Below, in pieces: positions 13,491 through 22,434 of a stretch of 64,000 bases of DNA. A model generated the notes under the pieces. It searched no databases, was not told the DNA's origin, and saw nothing but the letters and a program-made list of their open reading frames with translations. The stretch's first letter is position 1; each line of letters opens with the position of its first letter. Origin of the DNA: Wickerhamiella versatilis (taxonomy: Eukaryota); NCBI GenBank assembly GCA_030867685.1, contig JAQOWU010000007.1, positions 1,984,001-2,048,000 on the forward strand, given 5' to 3'. The position numbers and the translations under genes are program-made.

Positions 13491-14852
13491 ATGCAGATCC
13501 CATATTCTGCCCTTATTGCGTACATTCTCGCTCCCTTGGCCGCTGCTACCAATGTGCCCGGGGTCGCCGAGGTTAGCGTAAATCGCGTTTCACACCAGGG
13601 CCTAGGCCGCCATGCTGGTGACCTCCAGAGACGTGCGGATACGGGACACCCTGTTCTCGATACTATTTCAAACCAGAGATACTACTACATGTCTAACGCT
13701 GATATCGGAACCCCGCCTCAAAGGCTGAACCTGCTCATGGATACCGGGTCCTCGGATACCTGGGTATTCACAAGTCAGACACAAAGCCAGAATGGTAGAC
13801 GTAGTAATGCAAACTCTCAAACCTCTCTTTTTGACTCCTCGCAGTCCCATACTTTTCACAACAATGGTACCGACTGGCAGATTCAATACGGAAAAGGCCA
13901 GGCATCGGGAACCTGGGGTACTGATGCCTTTTCTCTCGGTGAGACAAAGCTCAATAGCTTGAGTATTGGACTGGCAAACTCTGTTTCGCAGATTTCAACT
14001 GGATTGATTGGTCTCGGCCGTCCACAGGCTGAAATCACATACAATAAGGGCGGACAGATGTACGAGAACCTCCCCCTGCGTTTGCAAGCAGAGGGTGTCA
14101 TTGGTGCTGCAGCGTACTCATTGGCCCTTGGTGACTTGAACGGTGGCCAGGGAACTATCTTGTTCGGTGGTGTGGACCACGACAGGTATGAGGGTGCGAT
14201 GGCTGAGCTACCAGTAGTTCACCCCAAACACTTTGGTGTCCAGCTTTCGTCTATTAAGGCCGATGAGCGGGCTACCTATGAGCTTATCAGCAAACCCAGC
14301 ACAGCAATTCTGGACTCAGGCACATCACTGAGTTATGTTGATGGCGACACATTGAGTGCAATCCGCACTGCTTTCAATGCTAACCCCAGCTTTGCTTTGG
14401 GTGAGCGTTACTATTCCGACTGTAATATCACCAAAGCCCTTCACTTCACGTTTGGCGGTAACTCAATTGCAGTACCGGCATATAACTTCATGTGGCCGAT
14501 ATCTATGTTTGTTGATGGTGTTACCGAGTCTCTTGACTTCCCTCAAAACTCCTGCTATCTTGGCTTCGAACAGAGCTCAAGCGACGAAAACTTTATTCTT
14601 CTCGGCGACAATGTTCTACGTGGTATGTATCTCGTGTATGATATTTCTTCTGAACGTGTTGGTATTGCAAAGGAAAAACCCAGTTCTGGCAGTCCCCAAG
14701 TGGAAGCTATCACTCCAGGGCAGCCAATTCCCGGTACCAATGCAGCCCGTCAAGCGGCAGCAGCGGCTCAACGTGGCACAGAACCCCACCAACAGCCAGC
14801 CCCTCAGCAGCAGCGCGGCCAACCGGTGGAGCGTGTGTCCGCGCAGTTTTAA
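13491..14852 (+). CDS. Secreted pepsin-family (A1) aspartic protease, yapsin/SAP-like
   Basis: Signal peptide, QRR pro-site, catalytic DTGSSD and DSGTS, IQYGKG flap, ILLGDNVLR. Confidence 0.92.
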   Translation: MQIPYSALIAYILAPLAAATNVPGVAEVSVNRVSHQGLGRHAGDLQRRADTGHPVLDTISNQRYYYMSNADIGTPPQRLNLLMDTGSSDTWVFTSQTQSQNGRRSNANSQTSLFDSSQSHTFHNNGTDWQIQYGKGQASGTWGTDAFSLGETKLNSLSIGLANSVSQISTGLIGLGRPQAEITYNKGGQMYENLPLRLQAEGVIGAAAYSLALGDLNGGQGTILFGGVDHDRYEGAMAELPVVHPKHFGVQLSSIKADERATYELISKPSTAILDSGTSLSYVDGDTLSAIRTAFNANPSFALGERYYSDCNITKALHFTFGGNSIAVPAYNFMWPISMFVDGVTESLDFPQNSCYLGFEQSSSDENFILLGDNVLRGMYLVYDISSERVGIAKEKPSSGSPQVEAITPGQPIPGTNAARQAAAAAQRGTEPHQQPAPQQQRGQPVERVSAQF

Positions 14853-15266
14853 GTAATTGCTGGTATTTCATTCACCTACTTGCAATACTTTTGCTCTAAG
14901 ATACATCTAGCATCACTACTGTAACAAAAAAATAAGGAACTACAATAGTTGAACCGCGCTGATATCTTGCAATCATAAAATTTCTTTTAGAAAAGGAATA
15001 AGAAAAGAACAAAAAAAGGTCTTTTCCCTTTGGTGCCATGCCATTTTACATTAGTGATCTCGACATGAGTCGTTCCACCGAAAGAAAAGAATAGCAGGAT
15101 AAAACTATGGAAATAAAATCACAAATATGAAATATAATTATTTGATCTTTAAAAAAGAGACGGCATTATTTGTTGTATCCATTTCATTGCTTTTTGACAG
15201 AAATCTCGCAGGATGAGATGACCCGAACAGGTGTTGACTAATCGTTTTCAACCAAAAGTTTCACAG

Positions 15267-15662
15267 ATGGTGAAGGTAGAGCTCGTAAACGACGACGCAC
15301 CTGTGCCCGATCAGAATCAGGGATTTGATGTTTCAAGTGATGATGAGGATTTGGATGACTTCGATGTGAACGAGTCTCTTACTGAGCGTATTGTTGCTCT
15401 CAAAGATGTAGTCCCGCCGAACTACCGGGCCGTGGTTGCCTCAGCCTTCAGCGATGCATGTGCCTTTGCACAGTCCACTGTAAAGTTTGGTGGTAAGTCT
15501 CTTTGGGTACTTACCTCCTCTGCAATGCTTCTTGGTGTGCCACTCTCGCTTTGCACTCTCGCTGAGCAGCAGCTCGTGGAGATGGAAAAGGGAATGCAGC
15601 TCGGTGATACGAATGATGTGTTGGCCCCAGGAGCTGAGATTCAAGATCCTGCTAAGCAGTAA
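15267..15662 (+). CDS. TOM22: Mitochondrial import receptor Tom22
   Basis: Acidic N-terminus, ESLTERIVALKDVVPP, TM LWVLTSSAMLLGVPLSL and EQQLVEME. Confidence 0.93.
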   Translation: MVKVELVNDDAPVPDQNQGFDVSSDDEDLDDFDVNESLTERIVALKDVVPPNYRAVVASAFSDACAFAQSTVKFGGKSLWVLTSSAMLLGVPLSLCTLAEQQLVEMEKGMQLGDTNDVLAPGAEIQDPAKQ

Positions 15663-15745
15663 GGAGTGTACATAGTATCTCGAGGCGAAACCCCCAAGGG
15701 CTCAGCAGTCAATCATCGTAACTGAAATTATGCTAAAATTAGATA

Positions 15746-16654
15746 TTATGCCACTAGAGAGAAAACAGAAGAACATAACCGCGTCAAAAAGGGGATTTTG
15801 GTACCCGTCGAAGTACGACCTACTATTAATTTTTCTGCAAACTGATCGGTCCCTTTCATGGGGGTAACTTCGAGCTTGTTGTGATCAATAACAAAACGAT
15901 ACCAGCGATTATCACCGGGGATGCCTAGCAATGTAAACGAACCACTCGACTCAAGCATTTTGGTGATCTGGAGACTATAGTTTTGGTCAGGCCAGTCACC
16001 GCTGCCCAGGGCCACAATCCACGGTTGAGTGGTTGCCTCCAAGTCTTTCTGTAACCACATTACCTGCTCCTCTGAAGAAGAACTGGGATCCAGTACTATT
16101 AAGTGGAGTGGTCCATAGTTCACGGCATACCACCTTCCATCGGTTGGTCTTTCAGATTGGCGCCAGAAACTCCAGTACAGCCAGGCAGCATCAGAATCCA
16201 TGTCGTGTGATGGGGATGCCAGGTATGGCTTGGTAGATGGCACCGTTTCTAGCAATTCTGGGGTCGGGGATACTCCCAGATGTACCAAAAAGTCGAAATC
16301 ACCACTAGGATTCATGGGCTCTTGGGCGTCCCAAACAGCAAATTCAATGGATTCCTCCTTCGGATCGTTCAGTGCAAAGTCTAGGGGAACTCCATTAAGA
16401 AACTTTCTCCCCATCACAGGCGAGGATAAACGTACGTCAACGCTGCCAGTATCAGGTGTAAGCACATGAGTTATATGACGGCTATCCCCATAGAGCGCAA
16501 AATTGTCAACATCGGCTAGTATTCTAAAGACCTGTTCTTCCTTGTACCCCGGAAGATCCTTTGGGACCAAACTTGTCCGTACCGAAGTTGGACGTTCGGC
16601 CTGAGGCACAAAGGGTGCACCATGAACCAACGCCAATAAAAGAGGTAATATCAT
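15746..16654 (-). CDS. Secreted purple-acid-phosphatase-like protein with degenerate metal-binding motifs
   Basis: Signal peptide; WYAVNYGPLHLIVLD and EQVMWLQKDLE..TQPWIVALG match the PAP scaffold. Confidence 0.6.
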   Translation of the reverse strand: MILPLLLALVHGAPFVPQAERPTSVRTSLVPKDLPGYKEEQVFRILADVDNFALYGDSRHITHVLTPDTGSVDVRLSSPVMGRKFLNGVPLDFALNDPKEESIEFAVWDAQEPMNPSGDFDFLVHLGVSPTPELLETVPSTKPYLASPSHDMDSDAAWLYWSFWRQSERPTDGRWYAVNYGPLHLIVLDPSSSSEEQVMWLQKDLEATTQPWIVALGSGDWPDQNYSLQITKMLESSGSFTLLGIPGDNRWYRFVIDHNKLEVTPMKGTDQFAEKLIVGRTSTGTKIPFLTRLCSSVFSLVA

Positions 16655-16725
16655 AGTGCAATTACCAAAAAGGGACCATATACATTAGATCTCAAGCGTT
16701 TTACTCATTTAGGGTTTGATAGGAA

Positions 16726-16734
16726 GCACGTGGG
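16726..16734. promoter_or_regulatory. Pho4-type E-box GCACGTGGG upstream of the phosphatase-like gene
   Basis: Exact GCACGTGGG about 72 bp upstream of ATG 16654. Confidence 0.4.
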
Positions 16735-16907
16735 CATATGCATTACCAAACGAAGATCAGGACGAGCCCCGGACAAGAGTCATCCTGGAGGGCCGACTCG
16801 TTTATAATGTCGTCAGATTTCAAAATTTAGCAGTAAAGGCTATATATAATTCATAAATCGCATTTCCCCTACAATGAGTAGTGTCTATAAATATGGACCC
16901 GAGTATT

Positions 16908-17975
16908 TCATAGTTTTTGAAAACTTCGGCGAAAACTAGTCTCGTCATTATCAGTCTGATCGTTAGCATTCTCCCTGTTGTTCACTCCGTGCTCACCCAT
17001 GCCATTCCCTGTTCCTGCGAATGGCATGGCCATCGGTGTAAGTTGAGTCCTCACCATGTTGTGATAGAGCTGACGATGAAGGCTTTGAACATTGGTCCGC
17101 AACAAAGCCATATCCTCAGTCATACGGATATTTTCTCGTGATAGCATCATCAATTGCTTAACTTGGCTTTCGTTTCGGGCTTCCGCCTCAGCCATGCCCC
17201 GCCACATGCGGTCATATTCCTTAAGCAATTGGTTGTCCAAACGCAATGCTTCCTGCAATTGCCTCCGACGGCCTTGCTCAAACTGGTTACGCAGAGCATA
17301 ATTTTCTGCTGATACTTCAGCGATTTTAGCATTCTGGGCTTGTACTGTAGGAGCTAAAAGTGCCAGTGGACAGTTACGGGTATGGCTTTCATCATTCGTA
17401 CCACCGCATTGCAAAACCGAGCCAGGACACAGAGAATTGCCCACAGAACTATTTTCAGGACTGTCATTCTCGTTATCCCCTCTTGATGACTCTTTTTCGT
17501 CCACCATACTCACGTTTTCATCGCAATGGCATGTGTCATCGTCAAAATGTCTGCGTTCTGTCTCCTGTCCACAACTGCATATTACATGGACAAATTGACA
17601 TTCGTTCTCAATGTGACTTTCTAATAGCCATCTGTGAGACTGCCATTGGCACCCTCTTGTGTTAAATGGACATCCAACTACCAAGTCATCCGTCATACAC
17701 TTAACCAATAACGGTGCAGGAGCAGCATCTTTACTCAAAACTTCACGGTCAACTGGACAACGTATAGGTTCCTCCATTTCAACCTGATGCTTTAGCGTTG
17801 TCTGGATACATTCGTGACAGAATGTATGTCCACATTCGGTACTGTATGGCTCAACTAAGCCAGTCTGGCAAATAGGACAAGTCAAATTATCGTCAATTTC
17901 CACGTAGTGAAGGTCCCACCAGTCCACTGGCTCGCTAACCTGTCCAGGCTTGCGAACCTCTCCGGCAACGCCCAT
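16908..17975 (-). CDS. C3HC4 RING plus TRAF-type zinc finger protein (putative E3 ligase) with coiled coil
   Basis: CPICQ..CGHTFCHEC..CPVDR RING, then CPFNTRGCQW...HIENEC zinc finger; first ATG 17975. Confidence 0.8.
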   Translation of the reverse strand: MGVAGEVRKPGQVSEPVDWWDLHYVEIDDNLTCPICQTGLVEPYSTECGHTFCHECIQTTLKHQVEMEEPIRCPVDREVLSKDAAPAPLLVKCMTDDLVVGCPFNTRGCQWQSHRWLLESHIENECQFVHVICSCGQETERRHFDDDTCHCDENVSMVDEKESSRGDNENDSPENSSVGNSLCPGSVLQCGGTNDESHTRNCPLALLAPTVQAQNAKIAEVSAENYALRNQFEQGRRRQLQEALRLDNQLLKEYDRMWRGMAEAEARNESQVKQLMMLSRENIRMTEDMALLRTNVQSLHRQLYHNMVRTQLTPMAMPFAGTGNGMGEHGVNNRENANDQTDNDETSFRRSFQKL

Positions 17976-18087
17976 GTCAAGATTAATAATCACATTGTCT
18001 ACAGAAAGGATATTTTATTTAGATTTCCGAGCTATTGAAATGCTTTTGTGGTTTGGAGTATTCACTTATACACTCAGGTAAATAATG

Positions 18088-19257
18088 TTAGCGGCGACGG
18101 CGAATTGTCTCTGGTAGCTGTACTGGCGCATTAAGTACTGCAATCCGATAGGAGTTGGCCTGGGCTTTGGTGAGTTCACGGGCTGAAGCCTCAGCAGCAG
18201 TTGGGGGTCGCACAGAACATCCCAATGTCTTAAGTAGATCAATCAAACGTCCAGGCTTCAGGCCTAGCTCATGAAACAGCGGTGTTACATCGAGCTGCCA
18301 ATTATCGACGCGAAGCATTAGTACCAGCATGTAGCACAATAGTTTATCCTGATGAAAAGGGTCCAAGGCAAAGCTTCGATCAAGGCTGCGTCCATAATGA
18401 CCAGCTTTCGAAATTGTAAAGCGTTGCAGAGTTGAGTCCAATACAACATCTGGTACGGCGACGGGCAATCGGCTAAGCAAGGTCTGGCGAGATGTGACCC
18501 GCCTGGCTCCATAGAAAGCACGAAGGAAACTAATATATACAAGTAAGCGAATCCGCGTACCAAAATTCTTGTTTTCATTGAGAACGTGGTCAATTCGGGA
18601 GTTGATCCAAGGCGATGACGGCCAGGCGAGGATCTGTTTGCGGCTATCGGGGCTATCTGCCTTGATAGCCTCGATGCTTTCATCTGGGAATGAATCAAGT
18701 TCATGTTGAGACACAACGTTTTCCAACGGGTACGCCGCTTCGGGTGATTCTGCATCAGTATTGCATACTGGAATAGGCCTCTCTGCATTTGCAACCTCCT
18801 TGCGCTCTTCAGCAGAAGGAAGGTTGGCAGTGTGATCTTTCACAGTGTCAACAAGGGCATCGTCAAGTCCATCAAGCATATCTGCTTCCACTCTATTCTC
18901 AACAGCTGAATTAAGCGCCCGCTTGGCTCTTTTAGTACCAAAGGCTTCCCCAAGAGCTGCGCGCTGCTCTGAGTTTTTGACATTGGCATGTCTGATCGAT
19001 TCCATATCATCAACACTTTGCGAATAAGCCGCAACGTCTACCACAGGTACTTCCACAAGTTTGAGCTCACCGCTTTGTGGGCTCTTAATCGCCAGAACAT
19101 ATTTCTGGGAGCTTGTGTGCCCTTCGTAATAAGGTCTTGATCGTTTTGTACTTCTGAGAAGTGTATCATTACCATGCTTGTTCGTATAAAGCTCCCAGGA
19201 TGTCGAAGGAGCCGACGTACCTGGATGCCGTACCACCACCGCCGGTGCTTTTCCCAT
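18088..19257 (-). CDS. RPA49: RNA polymerase I subunit A49
   Basis: RAALGEAFGTKRAKRAL, ERPIPVCN, DKLLCYMLVLML and YRIAVLNAP. Confidence 0.88.
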   Translation of the reverse strand: MGKAPAVVVRHPGTSAPSTSWELYTNKHGNDTLLRSTKRSRPYYEGHTSSQKYVLAIKSPQSGELKLVEVPVVDVAAYSQSVDDMESIRHANVKNSEQRAALGEAFGTKRAKRALNSAVENRVEADMLDGLDDALVDTVKDHTANLPSAEERKEVANAERPIPVCNTDAESPEAAYPLENVVSQHELDSFPDESIEAIKADSPDSRKQILAWPSSPWINSRIDHVLNENKNFGTRIRLLVYISFLRAFYGARRVTSRQTLLSRLPVAVPDVVLDSTLQRFTISKAGHYGRSLDRSFALDPFHQDKLLCYMLVLMLRVDNWQLDVTPLFHELGLKPGRLIDLLKTLGCSVRPPTAAEASARELTKAQANSYRIAVLNAPVQLPETIRRRR

Positions 19258-19456
19258 CCTGACCTAGGAAAAAAATTATGTAAGCAATACTCCAGCATAA
19301 TGATATTTTTTTAGACCACGGACAGATTTATTTGCGTTCTAACAAAAATGGTGTTTTGCTGAGACACCAGCCAGTAATTATATATTATAAACTTCCATCC
19401 ATCGCCATCTATATCAGCTGAGTTGGCATGTTCGGAAATGAAAACGGAAGATATTT

Positions 19457-21193
19457 CTATGGTTCAGAGAAGGGCACCACAAATGCTTTCAAATCCACCG
19501 CATCTCCTTGAGAATCATCTTCATCAGCATAATAATTATTTGCGTTGTCAAATTCGCTAGAATCTGAATCCTCTTCCTCTGGATCACCCTCCGGCCCAAC
19601 GTCAAATTCGAAGGGCTCATCAACAGGGTCCTGAGCTCGCAATGTCGGCATATATTCGTCAAGATCTACATTAGACCCAGTTGCTTTGTCCTTAAGTAAT
19701 TCTGCGATGTGAAGCTCAACTCGATTTCTTTCCTTTGCCTTTCGAAATGTACGCTCCTGCCAGGCCACTAAATCTTGTGGGTCATAGTAGTCCATCGGGG
19801 ATAGGCAAGGAATAAGCCCTATGTACGCATTTTTTAAAGACGGCTTCAGAGGAAGTGGAGCATGTTTGTAGAATCCTCGAACACACTTCTGAACCCGCCT
19901 TACAATCTTTTTTGACAGCAACGGTTTTATCAAGGCAATAAGAACTGCCAAATGCAAAGAACAATTTCCCACCACAGGATTAGGATCACGTATGCATGGC
20001 TCTGATAGGACAATCTCCACCATATCGGTGAAGTGATTGCCGAAATTATACGCCAGTGAAGTCAAAAATTGCCAAGTAACGCAGGCCAGTTGAGAAAACC
20101 TTCGCCCAGAGTCAGTGTCAAGCGCAAAATTAACCATGTCATTAATGACATTGTCTTCACGTATGTCACTCAAAAGGCTCGCAATATATTCTGTAATTAA
20201 GGGTTCTGTGCTCGTGCCCATCAGGCCGCATAGGATCCAAAGAAATTGGGCGCTGGCCAAAACAATCGCCAAGGATTGCACTTTGCCACTCTGTGAATTA
20301 TCAAAAAAAGACTTTACATTACTCCAACAGGCTGGGGCATATAGAGATGGACCCAGCAAAGTTGGCTGGGCATCTATGAGTTGAGGCGCTCTGGCAATGA
20401 TAAGCTCAACAAGATAAAGAGGAAGTAGACTTGCTGGATAAGCTTTTCTGAATTCGTGAATTAATTTCGCATTTTTCAAAAAAATATGAGCCCACCAGTC
20501 GGCGTCGAGTGCATAGCCTAGGTTTACGAGAGACCCTGCGGCTAGTTGTGACCATGTGAAGTCATTGCGTGCTTGCTTGAAACATGCTTGGCTAGGCAGG
20601 CCATCCTGAGCCCAACATAACTGAAACAAGACTTCGGAATGCTGCATGTACTGATTCTGCTCCTTATGTGAGACATACTGAAACTGTTTTAGACGAATTA
20701 ACAGTGGATGCGTGTGGGCTGCAAATGCTGCAGGTATAAGGTAACTCTGCGCTCGGGCGTCACAAGAAATCCAGCGTTTCCCAAATTCTACATTTTTGTT
20801 CACAGCTAGCTTTTGCAGAAGGAAATCCATGATGGCGGGACTGGCACATAGCAGGCTTTGGCAGGCAGATTCAACGGAGCTAACTAACCGAAGAAGAGTC
20901 AAAAGCATTAACTGTAAGTCTTCTGATTGCACACCCAATAATGCATGAACAACTTCGGCTATATCTCCCTGGCCAGCCAGCTTCTCGCATGCTGCAGGAT
21001 TCAAACACTGCAGAATTAAATCCATGGTGGTACATTGTAATTCCACATCATTGTAACTTTTTCGCATTGATGGAAGGATTATAGAAAATGGTTTGTGGCT
21101 TAATTGATCAAAGTCATCTGCTTCTGTCTGACGAGTCCAGGGACTCGACTTTTGACGCTTCGAACGCACTGACTTCGGCCTGCGTTCTACCAT
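19457..21193 (-). CDS. Helical-repeat (ARM/HEAT-like) protein, possibly a divergent synportin Syo1
   Basis: 578-codon ORF; basic N-terminal NLS, Leu-rich helices, acidic tail; N-terminus loosely resembles Syo1 as I recall it. Confidence 0.5.
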   Translation of the reverse strand: MVERRPKSVRSKRQKSSPWTRQTEADDFDQLSHKPFSIILPSMRKSYNDVELQCTTMDLILQCLNPAACEKLAGQGDIAEVVHALLGVQSEDLQLMLLTLLRLVSSVESACQSLLCASPAIMDFLLQKLAVNKNVEFGKRWISCDARAQSYLIPAAFAAHTHPLLIRLKQFQYVSHKEQNQYMQHSEVLFQLCWAQDGLPSQACFKQARNDFTWSQLAAGSLVNLGYALDADWWAHIFLKNAKLIHEFRKAYPASLLPLYLVELIIARAPQLIDAQPTLLGPSLYAPACWSNVKSFFDNSQSGKVQSLAIVLASAQFLWILCGLMGTSTEPLITEYIASLLSDIREDNVINDMVNFALDTDSGRRFSQLACVTWQFLTSLAYNFGNHFTDMVEIVLSEPCIRDPNPVVGNCSLHLAVLIALIKPLLSKKIVRRVQKCVRGFYKHAPLPLKPSLKNAYIGLIPCLSPMDYYDPQDLVAWQERTFRKAKERNRVELHIAELLKDKATGSNVDLDEYMPTLRAQDPVDEPFEFDVGPEGDPEEEDSDSSEFDNANNYYADEDDSQGDAVDLKAFVVPFSEP

Positions 21194-22434
21194 ACAATTT
21201 TGATGACACTTGTGGGTCCAGAAATATATTAAAAAAATAATCCCAGCAAGCCTCCATTAAGTTTCCTAGCCCTGATGTCATAACTCCGTGATACAATAGG
21301 TGGTGATATCAGTCTATCCACTTATAAACTTAACATAAAAAGAGTCTCTGTTACAAGCGTCTTAAATCATGCGAGTTGTGTAAAAGTATGAGCTTGAAAA
21401 AGACCTTCACCTCCAATACAAGTCGGAGTAGTCTATCGCATACAAGATTTCAGGGTCTATTCAGGGCTAGGTGGTCGGGGGTGTGATCTCCTTTCTCATG
21501 TGGAATGTATGCTGGCTATCACATGCGCTACCCGTACCTCGAATGTATGAAAGGTTCAGTACCGTCGAAGTGAAATATAGGTATTATTGAACGAAACCTT
21601 CATATAACTAATTAAATGGCTCGTTTATTTGTTATTGTGGTATATAATATTGTCTATGAAAAATAAATGCCGTATAAGTGCTAATAAACGAGTTACGTTT
21701 AATATGGAGGCGCAGGTTACTGCTATGATTGAGGCCCATAAGCATATTCACGGAAAACTTATCGGTGGAATTCTTAATTATAACCCATTTATTAACAATT
21801 ATTTGATCTTTTTCTCCAAATCGTGTGCATTTGACGAAATAATAGCATCACTCTGCCCTTGCAAACCCTACTCCATAGAATCATTTAGTAATAACATTGC
21901 TAAAATTACTAGATAGGAAATTAAACACTATCGCCTACCCTTAAACCTGGATTTTTGCCGCCCAGGTAGGCCGCTACTTGATAGCGAGTGGGGCTATGGT
22001 AGCCAATTGAAAACTACCGCGTTAATAGCCAGTTTTTAATTTGCTGGTGTTGTGACCTTTACTCATGTCCGGTACATTTGGCGGTTGATTGTGTGGCTTG
22101 GCCCAGCAAAAGTTGTGGCCTTCTAGCTCTGCTAATAGTGGAAAACATTACGTTTGAGCTTAAGTTTGCATATGATTCCCGCTATCTAAAGGCGACTGTT
22201 GAGAATCACGGCAGTTTTTTTTCTTTTATTCCTTTATTCCCCTTGTTTCAGGGACTTTGGCTTTTAACATTGGTAAGAGAGATCTAGGTGTTCTATGTTC
22301 ATATGCAGCTACACAGAATCCTAAATTAATTGGGACCAGATGCAAATTTGTATGGACTCTCACCACCGGTCAACCACGACTAAGCTCGGTCGATTAGTAA
22401 ACGACACCTTCGTCACTTTACAAGCCTTCGAAGA

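Noticed and set aside
22001-22016. AATTGAAAACT resembling part of U4 snRNA
   Set aside because: The U6-pairing 5' end and kink-turn stem of U4 are absent
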